DNA from: Octopus sinensis
Taxonomy: Eukaryota
Assembly (NCBI RefSeq): GCF_006345805.1
Contig: NC_042999.1
Coordinates: 147,808,001 to 147,872,000 of the forward strand
Direction: 5' to 3'
Length of the DNA: 64,000 nucleotides
Shown: positions 26,990 through 40,742 of the stretch, piece after piece
How the letters are laid out: every line of letters begins with the position of its first letter
How positions within the stretch are numbered: position 1 is the stretch's first letter
Position numbers and translations under genes: made by a program
Notes under the pieces: model-generated
Told to the model about the DNA's origin: nothing
Database searches by the model: none
The model's input: the letters and a program-made list of their open reading frames with translations, nothing else

Positions 26990-27655
26990 TGAGTAAAATA
27001 ATGATCGTTTCATGGCTGTCCAGTTCGTAATAATTCGAGTTATGGTTACAGTCAATCTTCAGGTAATTGAAATATTTATCTTAGCGAGGTTTAGCAATAT
27101 ATAAGAAACGCACTCTAAGTTATAGAGCGATCGTGATAAAGATATTCATGGTTGGTCTGTGACCTCTCTAGAAAATGGAAGGAGAAAAAATTTCGTTACT
27201 GGTTGTTGACCACATGGGCAAGGTAGAGGGATTGTTTTCCTTAGACTTCAATCCGTAATCGGCCCTGTTTGTTGGTGGGACCCAGAACTTCAGTATGAAT
27301 CTCCTGGAATGTAAGCAGGGTCCAAAGACTTCCGTCCTGGAGTTTAGGATGTTTTCTGGTTCGAGGGACTTCTTTAATATCTTCGTCCGTTCAGCTAAGC
27401 ACAGCTTACAACGCTTGCTCTCATTGATGTAGAGGCCTAGTTTTTCTGGGACCTTCTATGAAATTATGTGTGGAGCGCCTTCGTTTTTCAGCTGCCATAC
27501 ATGGTTGGCTAAGAATGTAGCGTGTTTCTTCTCAGAGATTTTGAATGAGGATGTGTTGTTGGAGAGGCGCTCCTTGAATGTGTTTCCGGAACATCCGGTG
27601 TATCGTCGTGTACTGCTGCTGGTGACTATGCTTCTGTTAATGTTGACGTGCTACT
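26990..27655 (-). mobile_element. PLE 3' end: GIY-YIG C-half plus terminus
   Basis: RRYTGCSGNTFKERLSNNTSSF...TFLANHVWQLKNEG...RCKLCLAERTKIL...ILNSRTEVFGPCLHSRRF, followed by a CTGAAGA...GAAACGATC terminus. Confidence 0.8.
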
Positions 27656-27659
27656 ACTG

Positions 27660-28085
27660 CAGCAGCACCATCGCCAATGACAACAACAATAACAACGACA
27701 ACAGCCACCACGATAGCGCCGATAACAGCTCCAACTGCAACAACGATGGCTATAGTAGCACTGAGAGTGCCAACACCAACAACGCCACTGATGATGTCCC
27801 CTATGCCAGCATTAAGGAAGCCAGCATCTACACCAACACCAACAACACCAGCAACAGTATAAGTGTCAGTGTCAACGTCAACAGAAACAGCGTCATCAGC
27901 AGTTGTACACGAAGATACACCGAATGTTCCGGAAACACATTCAAGCAGCGCCTCTCCAATCACAGATCCTCATTCAGGATCCCGGATAGGAGATACGCTA
28001 AGTTCTTAGCCAGCCATGCAAGGCAGCTGAAAGACGACGAAGGAACTCCATACGTAATCTCGTGGGAGATGCTAGAAAAACCAGA
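27660..28085 (+). mobile_element. Second, inverted PLE GIY-YIG copy preceded by an in-frame Asn/Ser/Thr-rich stretch
   Basis: ORF 27466-28146 contains ...RRYTECSGNTFKQRLSNHRSSFRIPDRRYAKFLASHARQLKDDEG...ISWEMLEK, homologous to the minus copy. Confidence 0.8.
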
Positions 28086-28234
28086 TCAATGGGAGCAAGA
28101 GTTTTTAAACGTAAATGATAGCGATCAATGCAGGGTTCCATACTAATATGAAAGTAGATGGAGGTAGAATATTATTTGATCCTAAATCCATTGCTTTTTT
28201 TTAAGTTTTTTATTTTTTGTTTTCATGCATTATC

Positions 28235-28566
28235 TTTTTGTTATCTTTTACTTGTTTCAGTCAATTGATTTCACCTATGCTGGAGCATCGCCTTCAGGGG
28301 ATTTTTAGTCGAATAAATCAACCCTAGTACTTAATATATCGCTCTCTTTTTGCCCGACTTCTAAGCTACGAGGACGTAAATACACCAACACCGGTTGTCA
28401 CGCGATGGTGGGGTACAAACACAAATACAAAGATGCATACTCACACATAGATACACACACACACATATATATAATACACACACACATATATATATATAGT
28501 GTGTGTGTGCGTGGTGTGTGTGCGTGGTGTGTGTGTGTGAGTTAGTGTGTGTGTGTGTGTGTGTGT

Positions 28567-28605
<39 letters not shown>

Positions 28606-28921
28606 GTGTATATGTGTGTGTGTTGTATTAAAATAAGGATTCAGATAGAATCAGATACTTGAAAAGATTGCACCATGTAGGGCTGGATGAACCTGTTATT
28701 CCGTCCATGTTTCGTAAATATCACATAGAATACTCCGGTTGTGTACACAGAGAATAACCAAACCTATGAGTATTTAGCGCCTAGGGGCTGGTCCAAATTA
28801 CACGTTACGTTGGATAGTCTGTTTCTGGTACACTGTAGGGTGTTCGACAAGTTGTAAATACACTTGGTATATTATAATCATATGAATAACATACGACGGA
28901 TAATTGTCAGCTTATTCATTT

Positions 28922-28970
<49 letters not shown>

Positions 28971-28991
28971 GTGTGTGTGTGTGTGTGTGTG

Positions 28992-29060
<69 letters not shown>

Positions 29061-29222
29061 TATATATATACGATAGGCTTCTTCCAGATTCGGTCTACCA
29101 AATCCACTCCCAAGGCTCTGGTCGGTCCGAGGCTATCGTAGAAGACAGTTATCTAAGGTGCGACAGAGTCGGACTGAACTCGGGCCCATGTGGTTTGTAA
29201 GCAAGCTTTTCACCATAAATCC
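28235..29222 (-). mobile_element. Third-family SINE, interrupted within its internal microsatellite
   Basis: 3' part at ~28240-28440 (TGCTGGAGCATCGCC...CACCAACACCGGTTGTC) and 5' part at ~29060-29222 (GGCTTCTTCCAGATTCGGTCTACCAAATCC...), separated by (GT)n runs and ~290 bp of other sequence. Confidence 0.7.
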
Positions 29223-29539
29223 ACTATATTATTGTTTTGATTCCCGTTTTACTTATGTTTACCAGTGACCTCGCAATATATAAGGTTTCTCAGAGTGACT
29301 CATAATATTATTGAATATTATCGAATATTACTGAATATCAAAATAGATATAGAGATCGAGTGATTTCTACATTTAGGATTAGTCTCTCAAGTATAAATTC
29401 GCTTATATTACCGACGTCAATCTAACGGTATTAATTAATGAGGTGGGTGGCAATTTAGATAAACATTTAAAGCATAAATTGCGGTATTACGGCCTCATTT
29501 TAAGTAACGATACCATCACAATTTTAAATACTCAGATCT

Positions 29540-29760
29540 GTCAAGTCGGCGTTCTAACAGAGTCATTAGTACTCCGAAATGCCTAGTGAGATTTCGTCTG
29601 TCTATAAGTTCTGAATTCAAATTCCTTCGAGATCGACTTTGCCTTTCATACTTTCGACATCGATAATGTTAGTACTAGTGGAGCACTGAATTCGATGTAA
29701 TCAGCTTACCCCTCCCCAGAAATTGTTGGCTTTGTTTCAATATTTAAATCCAATATTCAG
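29540..29760 (+). mobile_element. Second-family SINE, diverged
   Basis: GTTCTGAATTCAAATTCCTTCGAGATCGACTTTGCCTTTCATACTTTCGACATCGATAA core. Confidence 0.7.
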
Positions 29761-31019
29761 TTATCTTGAAACCTTCAATCCGCTGTGTGAACGTTCCTTA
29801 AACAAAAATCTTTTATGATATTCAGTTTTGGCAGAGTGTTAAACACGGTATTTGAAACGTTTGTAGTCTAATTGATGTAGGTTTCTAGTTTTAAAGAACT
29901 GTATGTTGTTGGAATCGTAAACTGGTATTTTGATCTCTTTGTAAGATATTACAGATTTCACTACATAAAAATTTTATATTTTCAGGCATGAGAAAAATTC
30001 TTAGTCAGGTAACTTGAACAATATGTCGCTGGGTGGACGTTCAAGGGATTTAAATATGGCGTCGGGTTTGTCGTTCGACTTATATTTTAAATTGTATGCC
30101 CACCATTGTAATGTTGTAAGAAATAAAAATGTGTTAAGTTGAAATAGTTTGAACAAAATCTGTCTTGGAAGATATTGAGAAGCTTTTAGTTGATGTATCA
30201 CTAAATTGCCTTAACATATTTCTTTTAAAGTGATTCACATTAGGAGGGTGTAACGTTGTTGCTGATATAGTTCGTGAACGACGTTTAATGCGGCCTATGC
30301 AAATGACAAGGCTCCGATAAGCGGAATACACATACACACACACACATGCTACATATGTATGTAGCTTAAATATACCCATTCCACTCTTTATAAATTGTGG
30401 ACTTTTATTCGCATTTTTAGCCACATTAATTTCTGTTAGTTGTATATATGTAGGATCTAGGGATCCGACTATAGGAAGTTAATTAGCTTCAAGCGACGGG
30501 CAGCAATAATAGAGAGAACAAAAAGTGGACAGTACAGGATTAAATAAAAATTCATTAAGACCGTGGCATATCGAAGTTCCCGTATCGAAGCTGCGAGGAA
30601 TTTCGATTAGCTGTTGCTTCCATACAACTAACAGTATGAGGAATCAAATTTTTAAGTGCTTAGGGCCTCTAAACATCTTAATCTCACCCTGGTGGCGATG
30701 CACCGAAAAGTGAAGTAAGGTTACAACTTAGGTAAGCTATAGCAAACTTTGCACTTAGACCTACAAAAAGAGACGTAAAATCTACTCTAATTCATTCGGT
30801 CCGGCATTCTTACCGCCAATCCATTGTTTTAGATTCGTATATATATTATCAACTCCGATTTAAATAAGTCAAAACGTCCTTTTCCTTTTACTAACAGACT
30901 CTGCCACTTTTCCAGCCGACATCACAGCTTTTAGCCAATACTTTCGTTTCTAAGGTGCCTTCTAGTCATCCCATTCCTGTAATAACTGAAATAAAATTTC
31001 TGTGTATAAAACATCACCT

Positions 31020-31410
31020 ATTTTTTTATTGTTTTATTTGTTTCAGTCATTTGACTGCGGCCATGCTGGAGCACCGCCTTTAGTCGAGCAAATCGACTCC
31101 AGGACTTATTCTTTGTAAGCCTAGTACTTATTCCATCGGTCACTCTTGCCGAAACTCTAAGTGACGGGGACGTAAACACACCAGCATCGGTTGTCAAGTG
31201 ATGTTGGGGGGATAAACACAGACACACAAACATATATATATATATACGACGGGCTTCTTTCAGTTTCCGTCTACCAAATTCACTCACAAGGCTTTGGTCG
31301 GCCCGAGGCTATAGTAGAAGACACTTGCCCAAGGTGCCGCGCAGTGGGACTGAACCCGGAACCATGTGGTTGGTAAACAAGCTACTTTACCACACAGCCA
31401 CTCCTACGCC
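31020..31410 (-). mobile_element. Third-family tRNA-derived SINE, near full length
   Basis: Reverse complement of the 19560/21720 and 37537 copies. Confidence 0.92.
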
Positions 31411-31609
31411 TAATTTCTAATTTTCTAACGTCCAAATTTCTTTTCAATAACCTTAAATAGTCTTATTTATTACCTCTTTTTCATTTTCTTATTGGTTCTA
31501 TTTACAATCTTAGGTTATGTATATGGATTCTCTGTGTGTACATGTATGTAAGTATGTATGTATGTATGTATGTATGTATGCTTGTGTGGGTATGTTTATG
31601 CACTTGTGC

Positions 31610-31970
31610 TCGTGTTTTTATATGTATAATAAACACATTTTATTCCCAATATTATAGGAGTGGGCTCTACCTATAAAACTCCTGTTATGGGTGTACTCTC
31701 TTTTTCTGGATTTTAATTCCCATATATATTTTCTTAAGCCTGTGAACTTACTTAAATTTGGATTTTTAAAGGTCTGGTAATGTTGGGATATTCTTTTTTA
31801 AATTTCATTAGCTGTTGATCCACTATAAACCTTATCTATAATTTTAATTTTTTTGTTCTTAGAGCTAACTATACATTTATAAATTACATTATCGATATTA
31901 CAATTATTAGAGACCTTACATTTAGTCTTATCACGACATGAACATTTTTCTATACATTGATTAAGAAATC
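31610..31970 (-). mobile_element. PLE GIY-YIG fragment
   Basis: CSCRDKTKCKVSNNCNIDNVIYKCIV...KVYSGSTANEI*KRISQHYQTF...LRKYIWELK. Confidence 0.75.
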
Positions 31971-32051
31971 TATATATATATGTATGTATGCGTGTGTCTT
32001 TGTATGTATTTATATGTATGTACATATGCATGTACATTTGTGTGTATATGA

Positions 32052-32096
<45 letters not shown>

Positions 32097-32240
32097 TATT
32101 TATTTATATATATGTACATGTGTGTGCATGTACAGGTATGCGCATGTTTATGTTCTATGCATGTGTTTGTAGGAATGTGTATGTATATATGTTGTATATA
32201 TGTATATGTTTATATATATATATGTATGTATAGGTTTATA

Positions 32241-32295
<55 letters not shown>

Positions 32296-32673
32296 TGTAC
32301 ATCTTATGTGAATACGTACTTCTTTATTTTACTTGCATCTTTCCGCATACTTGTATGTATATGTGTGTGTGTGTATGCATGTGTTGTGTATGTATATGTC
32401 TATCACTGTATATCCTAATGTGTTGTGTGAATACGTTTTCTCTATCACTTGTAAATTTATAATCTTCTCCTTCATATATACGTTCTTGTTCCTACTATTT
32501 TCTGATTGTCTCCCCTACTCCAGTCTACTTTTTGAGGAAGGTAACTCTCTTGAATACACGGCCGGTCTTGTCTGTGATCGATGTTTTTTCTTAAGTTCTC
32601 TTTTTTCACTTAAATATTGTAACTTAGTCTTGCCTGTCATTTTTAGCCTCGTGTAATATATATATATATATAT

Positions 32674-32902
32674 CGGAGTAAACACATAAATGTGAAACAA
32701 GGTGGAAAAAAGAGTACTCAAATACCAGTGGTAGAGTAATATGCTTTATTCAAAGCAGCAGAAAATTCAACAAAACCTGTTACTCTGAGTTTCCCGTTGC
32801 CGTTCGTCGGACAGTTTTTTCTAGCAAAAACTGTCCGACGAACGGCAACGGGAACTCAGAGTAACAGGTTTTGTTGAATTTTCTGCTGCTTTGAATAAAG
32901 TA
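32674..32902 (-). mobile_element. Short hairpin element with twin hammerhead-like motifs, copy 1
   Basis: Near-perfect ~76-bp arms (32744-32819 and 32826-32900) with TCTAGC loop and a ~70-bp one-sided extension; (TA)n flanks; homologous to 38971-39196. Confidence 0.92.
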
Positions 32903-32911
32903 TATATATAT

Positions 32912-32968
<57 letters not shown>

Positions 32969-33723
32969 TCGTTTTTCAATATTAATATGTATATGTATAA
33001 CTCTCTGTGGGTTTTTCCTGCTAGTGCACTTGTTACGTTATATTCTACTATATTCTACTATAATGTAAACGTGGCCCTATTTACATTATACTTCGTCTCG
33101 ACCTGTTATCCCTTTTTTTTTAAATCCGTTAGATTTTTATTCTTATTTTTATGTTTTAGTTTACTGCTCATATACACGTGCATACACATTGATATGTCTG
33201 TCTTTTTTTTCTCTTTCGTCACTCTCACTATTATTATTACTGATATTTTTTCCCTTTACACTATTATTTTCCCTTTTACAACTTACTTGTAAATATCCGA
33301 CTTTTTCCAATTAACCCATTTGTATTCTGTCTTATTGTATCTTACCTTAATTTACATTATTTCATTGAACCTTTTTTGATGCCCTTCCAAAAATTCATCA
33401 CACTCATGGGAGTGACAGTACATAAATATAGTTATAATTACTATGATTATAATTTTTTCTTACATATTTGTATTGACCTTTGAAACACGCGTATCTATTA
33501 AATCTAATATTGATTCAACACCTTTTTCTCCTCCATTTTTCTAAAATTGTTTATGGTATATTTATACCTATAACGATATTTTTCAACTACTATTTTCATA
33601 TTCTTATTACTTACTCTGGCTGTTTTTTTATGGATATGGTGAATCTTTATTAGAAATCACTCTTTCTCTCTTTTTGGAGCTCTCAAAAAATTTTTATTGT
33701 TCTGTTTTGAACTTATTTTTCCC

Positions 33724-33755
<32 letters not shown>

Positions 33756-33949
33756 ATGTATACGAAACTGAAAACAAATCGAAAATGCACTAAACCATTT
33801 TTTGTAAAATAAATTATCACATTGTATTATTAAATATATTTCTATTGATTTCGGTATACAATCATATCAACAACGATCAACAAAAGTAATACGCAGATTC
33901 CCGCCGGTTTCAAATCAAATTAATTATTTTCTTGTTTACAGCTAATTTT

Positions 33950-35090
33950 ATTTGTGTCTTACACAGTATCTAAAATAAAAGAAAACCCATAGACTCCTAT
34001 TGTTTTATCACAATAATAATTCGAAAATATAATCACTAGACTCCTATAGGACAGAATGACATATTTTATAGAACGCGTAATAAACTTATGTCAACAAATT
34101 CACAAAGAATTTTACTTCGGCCGCTATTTGTCTGAAAATTGCAATTTTTGTATTTATACTTGTGGTTCCATTGTTGAATTACTACACTATTGATAACTAA
34201 TATGCGGTAATTTTCAGGAAACTTTAGATCGCATAGTTACAAATATTTCTTTTTCATAGTTATTCTCTTTGTGAATGGCTGCATTATTTCCTTATATTTT
34301 AGTGTCATTTTCTTACCAAACGTTTCATCATTCTGGCCAATACAAGGTTCTCGGCGAACTTTGCATGATTTAGGATTTTATGATAATGATTTAAGATTTA
34401 ATGACCGGGAAAAAATTAATATTGACATTTGGGTCCTCTTTGACATACATTTCAGAAACGCCTTGTAAATAAATGCATACGTCAAGATTATGTCAGTTAT
34501 ATTTTCTGGTCTATTTCCCAAGATTTTGTATGTAGGTTTGCGTGAACTTCTATTTTTTGCTTGATATTTTCCTGCAATGACTGGATTTTTTTCAATGAAA
34601 TTTTCATCTTTTGACCTCAAAAACATAGAGGTAGGATTTGAGGATAATTACCATACATTTCGCTGTCATTTACATTGAGAGTTGGCGCATACATCATGAT
34701 ATTTTTCAAGCTTATATGATTTGTTTCGCTTTTTCAGTTCCGTTATTGATCAACTTGAAAGGCTATTTTGTTTTAATAATTATATCTCTCTTTCACTATT
34801 TGAGACATTTGAGACTCTTGAACAGTTTTGTTTTCCTAAGAGATATGGAATATTTACACGATTCACACATTGTCACTCCAAATTCTCATTATCAAAACCT
34901 AAACACTTAAAATATATAATTATGCAGCTATTCGATTTCATTTCAAATTACATGATAATGAAGAATAATATCGTAAACGACATTTCTAAGAGTGGATTTT
35001 ATCGCGTTCCTAATTACATTATGATTCCTAAATGGACCAATTTATAAGCTAAGTATAAATTACTTAAGATTTTACACTACAAAACTGTAC
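33950..35090 (-). pseudogene. Possible decayed PLE RT-thumb/linker to GIY-YIG region
   Basis: Fragments NIPYLLGKQNCSRVSNVSNSEREI*LLKQ, IFSRSLNLKSLS*NPK and YKNCNFQTNSGRSKILCE lie in the expected order but are very degenerate. Confidence 0.35.
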
Positions 35091-35906
35091 AGAAGACTCC
35101 CTGATTTTATATATCTTTCAAATTATGCAGACGCCTGTGTACTCATGAATCAGTACATTTTGAGTACTTTATTGTAGATACGTTGCTGGTGAAAGTTGCA
35201 TTAAATTTGTAGTCGGGAAATTTGCGAATGAGTACAGCGACACGACGTACGCTCATCCATTTGAGTGAGTGAGTTTGAGTCAATGGAAGATTGCACGGTC
35301 GTATGTCTTCTTACACACACACACGCTTATATATATATATAAATACATGTATAGTTATATTTATGCGTGTGTATAAATATATGAATGTGAGCGAGTATGA
35401 AAGTAAATAATTTTTACATAATATAATTTACATTATGTAACGATGCCGATTTGTCAATGGGAAAATACGTACACATCTAAATATATTTATTTTAATGGAA
35501 ATGATAACGTTTTTCTGTTACATAAAATTTTGAATGTAAAGCAACTTGTTTTTCAGGGTATAATATATAAGACACGAATGTAGAGGAAATTATCGTAAAA
35601 TTATTGAAATCTCTAAAACATGAAAACTATAAAGCCTCAGGTTTTGTAGAAAATTACTGCTGTATTTGTTATGCATTCAAAAAAATTATTATTTCCTACA
35701 TTTCATTAATATTTGAGATATTATACATTTCTGAGATATTTTACATATATATACATGTATGTATGTATGTACGTATATATATATAAGCGTGTGCGAGATT
35801 TTTATATATATGTAAATAGATATATGTAAATAGATATGTGTGCATATGCGCGCACGTTCTATTGCATATACGTGTGTGTGTCTGTATGCGTCGGTGTTTC
35901 TGTGTA

Positions 35907-36791
<885 letters not shown>

Positions 36792-36829
36792 TGAATATAT
36801 GTATATATATACATATATGTATATACATA

Positions 36830-36877
<48 letters not shown>

Positions 36878-36904
36878 TATATATATATATTTATGATTTT
36901 TTTC

Positions 36905-37059
36905 AAATTATAACCACATGTTAATCGTTGGCGATATTTTCCTCTGTCTTCCTTTTGTATTGGACTTTCCTCTGTTTCTGAAGAAGAGCTTTTCTCGAAA
37001 CGTCAAATCATGTTTCTTTCCTTCCCTAAGAGCCTGCTAATACTTTACATGTACCACGT

Positions 37060-37065
<6 letters not shown>
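36905..37065 (+). mobile_element. PLE-type terminus with hammerhead-like motif (same family as 63135-63330)
   Basis: TTT-CTGAAGA-A-GAG CTTTT CTC-GAAAC GTC-AAA at 36975-37007. Confidence 0.7.
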
Positions 37066-37158
<93 letters not shown>

Positions 37159-37290
37159 GTATATGTATATGTATATATATATATAGTTATCAGTAATAAT
37201 GTAGGCTGAAATTAATTAATTTGGAATAATTATTAATTTCACCATGTAGATTTCGGCATGTAAAAGCCCCATTTGAGGAAAGTTTAAGTA

Positions 37291-37502
37291 ATACTAAGTA
37301 ATTAAGGGTTAGCAACGATTTGCCTCACCACACACCGAATTTAGAAATAGGAGTCAAAGAGTTATAGCTATTCCTTTCTACTAAAAGGGAGATCTCACTG
37401 AGATCTCCCTTTTAGTAGAAAGAAATAGCTATAACTCTTTGACTGCTATTTCTAAATTCGGTGTGTGGTGATGCAAATCGTTGCTAAACTCTTAATTACT
37501 TA

Positions 37503-37506
<4 letters not shown>
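37291..37506. repeat. 216-bp near-perfect palindrome (1-nt centre at 37398)
   Basis: ...AAAAGGGAGATCTCA C TGAGATCTCCCTTTT...; the arms match for ~107 bp with only a few mismatches. Confidence 0.97.
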
Positions 37507-37536
<30 letters not shown>

Positions 37537-37537
<1 letters not shown>

Positions 37538-37748
37538 CGCAGAACTGGCTGTGTAGTAAGTAGGTTGCTTACCAACCACATGGCTCCGGGTTCAGTCCCA
37601 CTGCGTGACATCTTAGGCATGTGTCTTCTACAATAGCCTCGGGCCGACCGAAGCCTTGTGAGTGGATTTGGTAGACACAAACTGAAAGAAGCCCTTCGTA
37701 TATATATATATATGTCTGTGTGTATGTGTGAGAGAGAGAGAGAGAGAG

Positions 37749-37795
<47 letters not shown>

Positions 37796-37980
37796 TAAAT
37801 TCGCTTGAGAATAGACACTGCTGTGTTTACGTTCCTGTATCTTAACGGTTCGGCAAAAGACACCGATAGAATAAGTACTAGGCTTAAAAAGAATAAATCC
37901 TGGGGTCGATTTGCTTGACTAAAGTCGGTGCTCCAGCATGGCCGCATTCAAAATACTGAAACAAGTAAAAGAATAAAATA
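37537..37980 (+). mobile_element. Third-family tRNA-derived SINE, full length
   Basis: Head GCGCAGAACTGGCTGTGTAGTAAGTAGGTTGCTTACCAACCACATGG..., internal microsatellite, and tail ...GCATGGCCGCA...GAAACAAGTAAAAGAAT. Confidence 0.92.
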
Positions 37981-38149
37981 ATTTACATCAAATATCCGCA
38001 AATCCATAGCCGCATTTATACATCCAAGTATTACTTGCAGCAATAATACAGTCACCTCGGCCGCAAATATAGTAACAATACTGCCTGCCAGAGCACATCT
38101 CCAATTGAAGTCTCTGTCCACATTGTGCATTAATCTCCTAGAAAGGAGA

Positions 38150-38340
38150 TGCACCTGTCCCGCGGAGCCCAGTAACACCGACGGACCCCTATCCAGCCCA
38201 CAAGGAGTCCGCGTACCCTCAGCCAATGGCTTTTATAAGTTCGACTGCAGGACATCTAGAACCTGCCTTCTAAATGGAAATTTTGAGAAGAAAAGCGTCG
38301 TCTACAAGTGCATTGTTAAGATAAACAGCCTAGTCTCATG
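38150..38340 (+). mobile_element. PLE fragment: Cys-rich linker and first GIY-YIG strand
   Basis: FDCRTSRTCLLNGNFEKKSVVYKCIVK fits the CxC...CPLNG.C....VVY.C.V pattern. Confidence 0.65.
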
Positions 38341-38908
38341 AATACAAACTCTGGATTTCCACTTTACTAATCGAGAATAACTTCTAACTTAAGTCGAAAG
38401 GCGTGGATTTGAAAATCAAATGTTATTCTGCAATTCTTGTGTGCTAGCAATCACAAGCTGACAACAGCGCATAACATGCTGCTCAATGGATCACCTGCTA
38501 GGAAAGCACCTTCACAATTGGCTCCTCATCCGTTTACGCCGTCAGGCATTTCACTCATAGAAGTGGTTTGCGTGGTGGATTTTGTGACACTATCACTGTA
38601 TGGATTGCCACCCAAGTTAAGAGAGACTCAATCCATCCTCTTTATGAAGCAGTTGAACCGCGCCAGATCTCACACTCTGATCTGCTACTGCGCTTCATTT
38701 AATTTCAAAGTTGTCCTTTTTTCTAGGTTGCCTGCTTTTTATATCAGTCTGCTGAAGTGCATGAATCTATATTTGTAATACAGTACATTTCTATCCCTAT
38801 ATACATTTCAGTATTTTGATACTAGTTTCAATCTATTTGACTATGTATAAGTAAATTGGCCAGCTATGCGTATTTAGTACGTTTGTAAGGTCGTCTGTAT
38901 TTTGTAGG

Positions 38909-38970
<62 letters not shown>

Positions 38971-38972
<2 letters not shown>

Positions 38973-39196
38973 TTTATTTTAAGCAGCAGAAAATTCAACA
39001 AAATCTGTTACTCTGAGTTTCTCGTTGCCGTTCATCAGACAGTTTTTTGCTAGAATGTCTGATGAACGGCAACGAGAAACTCAGAGTAACAGATTTTGTT
39101 GAATTTTCTGCTGCTTAAAATAAAGTATATTACTCTACCAGTGGTATTTGAGTACTCTTTTTTCCACCTTGTTTCACATTTATGTGTTTACTCCGG
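38971..39196 (+). mobile_element. Short hairpin element with twin hammerhead-like motifs, copy 2
   Basis: Arms 38971-39041 and 39056-39126 with the same extension as copy 1. Plus-strand motif TGT-CTGATGA-ACGGCAACGA-GAAA-CTC A GAG-TA-ACA at 39056-39091. Confidence 0.92.
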
Positions 39197-39218
39197 TATA
39201 TATATATATATATATATA

Positions 39219-40609
39219 TTCCCAACCCGGCTCGTTCCCCTGCTCCCGCCCACGTTGCCGCACTTGACCTTACCTCTCCAACACCACCCGCCTCACTAGC
39301 ACCCACCATCGACCATATCCCATCATCCACTCCTTCACCTGCACCTCCAGCAATATTATCTATTGCATCTCTTGCTCTCTCTGCAATTCCTTGTACATCG
39401 GACAAACGGGACGCCGCTTGGCTGACCGGTTCGCGGAACACCTTCGTGACATCCACCTTGCGAACGACACACCGGTCTCACGCCATTTCCGCTCCACCGG
39501 TCACTCCTTGCAACACTTATCTGTGTTCGGTTTGTCCTTACACAGAGGCCATCCGGATTCCCGTTTGCGCCGTGAACAGGAATTAATCTTCTCTCTTCGC
39601 TCTTATACGCCATTTGGTCTCAACTCTCCCCCCCTCCTCATCTAACCCCCCTCTCCCCCTCCTCACCTATCCTTTCCCCCGACCCCTACTTCTTCAGTCC
39701 TTCATCCTTTCACCCCTACTCCCCTTCCCTTCTTCCCTCTTTCTCCCTCCCTCTTCCCCTTCCCTCTGCTCCCTCACTCCCTCTCTCCCCTTCTCTCTCC
39801 CCCTCTCCCTCTTTCATCCTTCATCCCCCTCCTCCCCCATCCTCTCCTCTTCCCCCCTCTCCTCCCCCTCTTCTTCCCCTCCCCTTCTCTCCCCCTCTTC
39901 TCCCCCTCCCCCTCTTCTCCTCACTACAACCACATGACTTTACACATCACATCACATATGATGTGCCATACTAATACAACACACCAACTAATACATACTA
40001 ATACGTACTAATACATACTAGTACATACTAATACATACACCAACCCTATACATACACACGTCCAGACCCCGCATACGCACTTATACTCTCTCATACACAC
40101 ACACACACACTTATACATACCAATACGTACTAATACATACTAATACATACTAATACATACACCAACCCCATACATACGCACGTCCAGACCAATCCTACGC
40201 ACTAATACTCTCTCATACACACACACACACACACACACCCTTATACATACTAATACATACACCAACCCTATACATACACACATCCAGACCCCTCCTACGC
40301 ACTATTAGCTGGTCCCTCAACCCTTTTATCAACCCTATTATCTCCCCTTATTTCGCTCTCGCGTCTCATGTTTGATCTTTGAACTCTGGCCGAAATCAGA
40401 TCGCCATGTTGATTCGTTAGCTACTGCACGCATTTTTTTCTCTCCTTCTTTCTGTGTTTTTCTCTCTCTCTGTATCTTTCTGTTCGAAACGTAGGCTCGA
40501 AACGTTAAAGACTTGTTTTATTTATATTTCCTGAGCGCCATACTAATACAATTGTTTGTTTGTTTTCCACCTGCCTTCGTCTTTTGTTTATTTTCATAAA
40601 GCTTCCCGT

Positions 40610-40610
<1 letters not shown>
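39219..40610 (+). mobile_element. 5'-truncated Penelope-like element (Neptune-type): GIY-YIG domain, C/T-rich tract, minisatellite and terminus
   Basis: FPCSRPRCRT*PY...FTCTSSNIIYCISCSLCNSLYIGQTGRRLADRFAEHLRDI...VSRHF...RLRREQELIFSLRSYTPFGLN; the terminus CGTAGGCTCGAAACGTTAAAGAC is shared with 57780-57960. Confidence 0.9.
39975..40310 (+). repeat. ~120-bp minisatellite, ~3 units, inside the PLE 3' region
   Basis: ATACATACTAATACATACACCAACCC.ATACATAC.CA..TCCAGACC is repeated at ~40025, ~40145 and ~40245. Confidence 0.8.
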
Positions 40611-40641
<31 letters not shown>

Positions 40642-40710
40642 TGTCGGTGTGTGTGTCTGTGCGTGCCCAAATACCTTAATTTACACAAACATATATATAC
40701 ATATATACTT

Positions 40711-40742
<32 letters not shown>

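Noticed and set aside
29986-30008. 23-bp candidate exon (TTTTCAG/GCATGAGAAAAATTCTTAGTCAG/GTAACT)
   Set aside because: Splice-like flanks are common in AT-rich DNA, and no compatible partner exon was found downstream of the candidate terminal exon.
33000-33720. T-rich block that might be an L1-type remnant (similar block at 52560-53220)
   Set aside because: No motif could be recovered in any frame; indistinguishable from low-complexity sequence.
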